DNA from: Spirochaetia bacterium
GTDB taxonomy: Bacteria > Spirochaetota > Spirochaetia > SZUA-6 > Bin103
DNA length: 64,000 bases
Assembly (NCBI GenBank): GCA_965199955.1
Contig: CBDATQ010000001.1
Location: 1,216,001 to 1,280,000, forward strand
Direction of reading: 5' to 3'
The notes under the pieces were generated by a model. That model ran no database searches. It saw nothing but the letters and a program-made list of their open reading frames with translations, and had not been told where the DNA came from. Within the stretch, counting starts at the first letter, position 1; every line of letters starts with the position of its first letter. Of the stretch, positions 60,251-64,000 are shown in pieces. The position numbers and the translations under genes were made by a program.

Positions 60251-61425
60251 CCGTTTCCCGATGCGTGCGTGAGGCGGTCGCCTGTCCTGGCCGGGAGCGA
60301 CAGGCCGGCGGGGGGCCGGCCGCCCAGGATGCGTATCTTGTCGCCGGGGCGCAGCCGCATCGCGTAGTAGCGGGCGATGGTGGGCTCGGGGAGCCGATAG
60401 AAGCGCTCGAAGATGCCGCGCCGCGCCTCCGGCGGATACCACCGGAACAGCAGCCGGTTGAGCAGGTGGCAGAACCGGGCGCGTCGCCGCCGCTCGCGCG
60501 CCGCGGCAGCCACCGCGTCGCGCAGGGCGTCCGCCGGAGTGGTCGCGATCAGCTCGGCCAGCTCGGCGGCCAGCGGCAGGGAGTAGCCGGTGCCGGGGTG
60601 GAACCAGCCGCCGCGGTAGCCGCCGGTCACGACGGAGGAGCCGGCGAAGAGCGATGGGGGATCCGCCGGCGTTTCGGCCATCGGCATCGGCAGTACGCCC
60701 CGCTCGGTGCGCTCGACCCGGAGCGCCTCCCAGCCCTGCTCCCGGAGCCACTCGGCGATCCGCCACCGGCGCTCGTCCTCGTCCAGCTCCGGGCCGTCTG
60801 AGAAGGAGGTGTCCTCCACCAGCGCGCGCTCAGGCGCGAGGGGCAGAACGTACATGAACCGGTACCCGTCGCGCTGGGCGACCGTGGCGTCCATCACGAT
60901 CGGCCGGGTCAGCCCGTGCCCGCGCCGCAGGATGATCTCTTCGCCATAGAATTTCTGCCAGCCGCACGGGACGGCCGCCCGGCCGGCGCCGCGCGCGTCG
61001 ACCACGGTCCGCGCGGCAAGCGTCCGGCCGTCCGCCAGCCGTACGGTTCCGGCGCCGTCCATGTCGGCGGGCATCTGCTCGCACGCCATCGACCCGGCGC
61101 GCTTCTCCAGCATGCTCAGGACCTGCAACCGCAGCCGCTCGCTCGAGATCATCGCGTACGGCGTGTCGAGCACTCGCCGGTAACCCGGGAAGCGCACTTC
61201 GTAGGAGCTCCACCGGTATGCCACGAACGGGTCGACGTGGCGCCGCATGGCCGGCGAAAGGTCGCCGGCATGGAAGCACCAGGTGTGGTTGCCGCCGATC
61301 CGCTCGCGCTCGGCCAACGCGACTGCGCCGACAGAGCCCGACCCGGACACGGCGGCGACGATCAGCCCGCTCTGCAGGCCGCCGCCGCACAGCGCCAGGT
61401 CCATGTCCATCACGCCCGCAGCCAT
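60247..61425 (-). CDS. crtY: Lycopene beta-cyclase
   Basis: GGGLQSGLI, GGNHTWCFH, VVDARG, WQKFYG.E, PIVMDATVAQRDGYRFMYVLP, E.GVLP, FHPGTGYSLP and FERFYRL....IARYYA. The start may be the ATG at 61410. Confidence 0.92.
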   Translation of the reverse strand: MAAGVMDMDLALCGGGLQSGLIVAAVSGSGSVGAVALAERERIGGNHTWCFHAGDLSPAMRRHVDPFVAYRWSSYEVRFPGYRRVLDTPYAMISSERLRLQVLSMLEKRAGSMACEQMPADMDGAGTVRLADGRTLAARTVVDARGAGRAAVPCGWQKFYGEEIILRRGHGLTRPIVMDATVAQRDGYRFMYVLPLAPERALVEDTSFSDGPELDEDERRWRIAEWLREQGWEALRVERTERGVLPMPMAETPADPPSLFAGSSVVTGGYRGGWFHPGTGYSLPLAAELAELIATTPADALRDAVAAAARERRRRARFCHLLNRLLFRWYPPEARRGIFERFYRLPEPTIARYYAMRLRPGDKIRILGGRPPAGLSLPARTGDRLTHASGNG

Positions 61426-61529
61426 GCACCCCGAGCATCGTCTGTCGCGGGCAGTCCGGCAAGCGCGGGCCGCCCGATCCGGTTCCGGGACCGTTTGAAC
61501 AAATCCGGGCCGGCCGGCACCATCGCCGC

Positions 61530-62543
61530 ATGGATCCGCTGGAGCTGCACCGCGACGCGCTGGTCATCGACAGCCACAACGACTCGGTCGTCGCCAGCGT
61601 GTCGAGCGGCAGCGGACTCGGCGGCGCGCCGACGCGCCATGCCGGGGGCGGCACCATCGCCCAGCTCAGAGGGGCGCTCCACGGGCCTCCGGAAGGGGAT
61701 CGCATCCAGCTTGACCTGCAGCGCATGCGCGACGGCGGCATCGACGCGGCGTTCTTCGCCGTCTGCGTCACGAAGGCATGGAGCAACCACGCCGCCTATG
61801 CCCTGGACGGTTTCGGCATCCTGATGGCGGAGATGGCCGAGGATGACGGCTTCCGGATCGCGCGCACTGCCGCGGACCTCACGCAGGCGAAGGAGGACGG
61901 GGCGATCGCGGCGATCCTGGCGCTGGAGGACTCCAACGGGTTGGAGAGGAGTCTCAACATCCTCTCCGCCCTGTACGCACTGGGCCTGCGGTCCGTGGGT
62001 ATCACGCACAACCCCGTGTCCTGGGCGGCCGCCGGCGCGCACGAGCCCGCGTCCGGCGGGCTGACCAGCCACGGCGTCGCGCTCGTGCACGAGCTGAACC
62101 GGCTCGGGATCCTGGTCGACGTGTCGCACCTGAACGACGCGGGATTCTGGGACGTGGTGGCGGAGACCGATCAACCGCTGATCGCCTCGCACAGCAACTG
62201 CCGCGCCCTGTGCAGCCAGCCGCGCAACCTGGACGACCGGCAGATCGAGGCGGTAGCCGCCACCGGCGGAGTGGTGGCGATCACCTTCGTGCCAAAGTTC
62301 GTCTCGGACACGGAGCCCGACCTGGAGCGCCTGCTCGACCACGTCGACCACGCCATCGAGGTGGCGGGAGCGGAGCACGTGGGACTGGGATCGGACTTCG
62401 ACGGCGGCGGCACGGTGATCCCGCACGCTGGCGAGTATCCGACTCTGACCGCCGGGATGGCCGCCCGCGGCCACGATGAGCAGGTGATCCGCGGCGTGCT
62501 GGGCCTGAACTACCTGCGCGTGTTCCGCGCGGTGTGCGGGTAG
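61530..62543 (+). CDS. Membrane dipeptidase (peptidase M19)
   Basis: IDSHND, LALE, GLTSHG, LVDVSH, IASHSN, RNLDD and HVGLGSDFDG. Confidence 0.92.
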   Translation: MDPLELHRDALVIDSHNDSVVASVSSGSGLGGAPTRHAGGGTIAQLRGALHGPPEGDRIQLDLQRMRDGGIDAAFFAVCVTKAWSNHAAYALDGFGILMAEMAEDDGFRIARTAADLTQAKEDGAIAAILALEDSNGLERSLNILSALYALGLRSVGITHNPVSWAAAGAHEPASGGLTSHGVALVHELNRLGILVDVSHLNDAGFWDVVAETDQPLIASHSNCRALCSQPRNLDDRQIEAVAATGGVVAITFVPKFVSDTEPDLERLLDHVDHAIEVAGAEHVGLGSDFDGGGTVIPHAGEYPTLTAGMAARGHDEQVIRGVLGLNYLRVFRAVCG

Positions 62544-62552
62544 AATAGCGCG

Positions 62553-63611
62553 ATGAGCCGGCCGCTGACCCTGTGGGGGATCATCGAGTCCGAAGGCGCC
62601 GCGCACTATGTCGGTCGCGCCCTCGATGCCGGCGTCACCCGCCTGATTGGGCCGAGCGCGCCGGACGTGGTCGAGCTGGCCCGCAGCCGTGGCCTGGAGG
62701 TGCATCCCTACGTGGCCTGCACGCCGATGCCCACGCACGGACAGCGGCCGGTGTCCTATACGTGGTCGCTCAACTACCTGGGGGTGGATCCGGCGTCTCC
62801 GGAAGCGCGCGAGATCCTGGACCGCCACCGGCCGATCCTGGTCGGCCCGCACCGCGGCGAGCCGAGCATCAATCCGTTCGCGGCCTCCCATCCCGAGTAC
62901 CGGGCCCGGACCGCTGACGGGGCCGACACGCTGGGCTACTGCGACCGTCTGTGCCTCAGCCCCGCGTTTCCCGAGGTGCGCGCGCGGCAGGCGGTGGAGA
63001 TCGCCGAGGCGCTGACCGCCACCGGCGCCGAAGGGGTGCAGGTGGAGTTCGTCAACGGCATGGAGGACGCCGGCGGGCTGGTGCCGGCCGGATACGAGGA
63101 GCGGACGGTGGCCGAGTACCGCCGGGCGTCGGGACGGGACGCCCGCGCTCTGCCCGCGGACGACTCGGAATGGCTGGCGTTCCGCGCCGGCTACGTGACC
63201 GAGATGCTCGCCGAGGCGCGCGAGCGGGTCAAGGCGATCTCGAAGCAGGCGGTGTTCTCCGCCACCATCATAGCGCGCGAGCCCGAGCGCTCCCTGCATG
63301 GGCTGCACGACTGGGCGGCATGGGCCGAGCGGGGCGTGATCGACGAGCTGTACCTGTGGTTCCGCACCGAGAGCGACCCGGATGCGGTCGAGCGGCGCGT
63401 CGGCCATGCGGCGCGTGTGGTGGCCGGGCGCATCCCGCTGTACGCCGAGCTCTCCTGCTACCACGCGGGAAGCTTCCAGGACCCGGACCTGCTGCTGGAG
63501 GGAGCGCGGCGCGCGCTGGCGGCCGGCGCGGACGCCGTCGGGGTGTACCGGCACCACGCGGTCGACCAGCTCGACCTGTGGGACACGCTGGCCATGATCG
63601 GCCGGCTGTAG
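62553..63611 (+). CDS. Glycosyl hydrolase-like (GHL10-type) TIM-barrel protein
   Basis: RGLEVHPYV, HPEY, LSPAFPEVR, W..FRA..VT and DWAAWAERGVID.L. Confidence 0.6.
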   Translation: MSRPLTLWGIIESEGAAHYVGRALDAGVTRLIGPSAPDVVELARSRGLEVHPYVACTPMPTHGQRPVSYTWSLNYLGVDPASPEAREILDRHRPILVGPHRGEPSINPFAASHPEYRARTADGADTLGYCDRLCLSPAFPEVRARQAVEIAEALTATGAEGVQVEFVNGMEDAGGLVPAGYEERTVAEYRRASGRDARALPADDSEWLAFRAGYVTEMLAEARERVKAISKQAVFSATIIAREPERSLHGLHDWAAWAERGVIDELYLWFRTESDPDAVERRVGHAARVVAGRIPLYAELSCYHAGSFQDPDLLLEGARRALAAGADAVGVYRHHAVDQLDLWDTLAMIGRL

Positions 63612-63717
63612 GCTTCCGCAGCCGTCCCAAGGCGTGACGGCGCGTTGTCGCGCGCCTATAATCCGCTCGACCTACCGAGCCGGCCGTCCGGCCGGACACT
63701 TCACACGAGGAGCGACG

Positions 63718-64000
63718 ATGAGAAAGCTATCGATAGTCATGCTCGGAATGCTGCTGCTGCCGACCGCAGGCCTGTTTGCAGCCGGCGAGGGGGAGATGGC
63801 CAGCGGTCCCATGCCCCTCACTTGGGCCGGGGTCGGCGGCGCCGCAGTCGGCGAGAACACGGTGATCGAGCAGCTTCTGGAGGAGAAGTTCAACGTCGAG
63901 ATCGACACGATCCGCTACCACCAGAACGACCGCGAGAAGCACAACCTGCTGGTGGCGTCGGGCGAGCATCCGGATGCCTGGTACGTCTGGAACTTCCACG
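63718..64000 (+). CDS. ABC transporter substrate-binding protein (runs off the window end)
   Basis: GAGGAG RBS, then MRKLSIVMLGMLLLPTAGLFAAGEGE...IEQLLEEKFNVEI...NLLVASGEHPD. Confidence 0.85.
   Translation, partial: MRKLSIVMLGMLLLPTAGLFAAGEGEMASGPMPLTWAGVGGAAVGENTVIEQLLEEKFNVEIDTIRYHQNDREKHNLLVASGEHPDAWYVWNFH

Overview
A very GC-rich bacterial chromosome segment with about 50 intact genes, mostly catabolic. They include many oxidoreductases, glycoside hydrolases, sugar ABC transporter parts, tal/pgi, a divergent transketolase, NAD-dependent fdh, rlmN and yhhQ-queF. The solute-binding proteins have Cys-less 'LFAAG(T/E)E' leaders, which suggests a spirochaete-like host (inference only). The highlight is a tightly coupled four-gene aryl-carotenoid cassette at 57.1-61.4 kb: crtY lycopene cyclase, SAM methyltransferase, crtU-like aromatase and a Rieske protein. 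The Rieske protein carries a complete oxygenase motif set, suggesting uncharacterised hydroxylation/methylation tailoring of aromatic carotenoids. The window also shows localised genome erosion: two internally deleted IS elements (IS1634-like, IS630-like) and at least five scars of broken gene fragments. Several scars sit next to toxin-antitoxin loci, and in two loci the toxin has decayed or is absent while the antitoxin survives. No rRNA, tRNA or CRISPR array was recognised. All family assignments come from motif recognition by eye, not database searches.
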